Shown piece after piece: positions 62,571-64,000 of a stretch of 64,000 bases of DNA. Numbering within the stretch: position 1 is the first letter of the stretch; each line of letters begins with the position of its first letter. Source of the DNA: the human T2T-CHM13v2.0 reference genome, Homo sapiens. The translations under genes and the position numbers were made by a program. Below the pieces are notes generated by a model, which saw nothing but the letters and a program-made list of their open reading frames with translations, made no database searches and was not told the DNA's origin. The stretch lies in assembly GCF_009914755.1 (NCBI RefSeq), contig NC_060926.1; one strand, 5' to 3'.

Positions 62571-64000
62571 CTAACATTTTGACCAAATTCTGTTGGCAAG
62601 ATTTTTCAAAAATCTTTGGCCACATGCCCATACTATATTGAGCAGTAAGGTACTATATTTGACAGTCCTATCAGAAATATGTAGACTAGGGGTTCACATA
62701 AAAAAGTGGAATTGTTATTAAGAGAATAAGAAATACTCAGTACAAAGCTAGTTCTAAACTGCTGAACAAACAAAGCTTAAGTCTCTTTATGATAGTTGAT
62801 TTGGTAAATTTCTGCAACATTGTGTTGGTTTCAAGAATATCAAGAGGGAAATTCAAAAACAGACACTACCACTCAACAAAAATTCCCATGTTTTTAATGG
62901 AAGACTGTTCAGCATTAGCTGTCAGTATTAGGTATCTTGTGCCTAATAATCATGACTAATAAGAGTGTCTAAAGTTGTGTCTAAAAATGATCAGGGCTCT
63001 TGACCTATGAATAGATACATCAGTCAAGCCTACGGGTTTCATTCCCTCTATCTCCTCCTCTGACACTCTAAAGTGTCATTTCTCACACTGGATAACTATA
63101 ACAACATTTTATGTGAACTGTTTCATATTATGATCTATCTATACAACCTATGTTCCATATCTAATCAAGCATACATATTAATATTTCTTATTTTTTTCAT
63201 AAAAAGAGGTAGTCACTAAGTTATATTTTTTCACTTTGAAAAAATCAAAGGCATTCAGCATTATTAAGATATGGGAGTTTACTGTAAGATAAAAGTGGAA
63301 ATTAGGAAAGAGTGGTACATAATCTAAACATATTTGATGAACACAGAAAATAAGATGCACTGGAGCTTTGGTGACATATCATCATGTTGTCTCCTCAGAA
63401 ATGACACTTACTTTTGCCATTTTTCACTATTTTGACCGTCATATTTGATAATAATCTTTGGATCAGGTAGTCATTCTCCTTCTTGACGATAATATTCATG
63501 AGGACAAGGATTCAGTCTTGCACAGCACTCTATATCTCTAATAGCTAGATAGTCACATGCCCAGTTTTACACTAGAAAAGAGGGATTATAGATAGATATA
63601 GAGGAAAATAAATAAGTAGATTATTTTATATAGCTCAGCCTATTCATGAGAAAAAACAACCAGAAGAAAGGGTGGAAAGACGAGCAACAATCAAATTTAA
63701 AACTGTTGATCATGCTTATCTGGTCCGTAGTAGATGGCAAATCCCCACACAATATCTTTATTACAGTGGACTTCACTGGGAGCTTTAAATGACAAAGGAG
63801 ATTCAGCTAAATATATTAAAATTACTGGCTCTGAAAAGAGAATAGGGCAAATAAAAAAACTGGGTAAAATTTTGGGTAAATTATTGGGTAAATTTTTACC
63901 CAAATAAGTTGTGATTCTTTTATAAAGCAAAAGACGTTCTTGAGTATGTAGGCTTTCACCTCACTGAGTGATGGTTAATAAATTTGAAAAGACATCAAGT

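Overview
This window is AT-rich, repeat-dominated primate DNA, almost certainly human, because it carries two AluYa5 copies with all five diagnostic bases. It reads as intergenic or deep intronic. I find no host protein-coding gene, RNA gene or CRISPR array, and I cannot support a new biological system here. The only ORFs with real homology are broken L1 ORF2 pieces and decayed Tigger1 transposase fragments; the other ORFs are chance frames. The window holds three L1PA2/3-type insertions (two with 5' inversions and apparent 3' transductions), three young AluY elements with intact target-site duplications (TSDs), and a near-full-length Tigger1. It also has several solo LTRs (MER52A, THE1, MST, MLT1, a MER34/39-type LTR with nested LTR8) and many ancient L1M, L2 and hAT fragments. 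The signals most worth following up are structural: (i) an L1 combining a 63-bp 3' transduction, a gap-free 5' inversion and an endonuclease motif facing the unexpected end; (ii) three short local direct duplications between 35.7 and 49.9 kb, two pasted into older repeats with no TSD or poly(A), which resembles templated break repair; (iii) a ~108-bp hairpin overlapping an LTR end; and (iv) a fossil deletion junction near 4.2 kb. Repeat family names come from my recall of consensus sequences, not from a database run.
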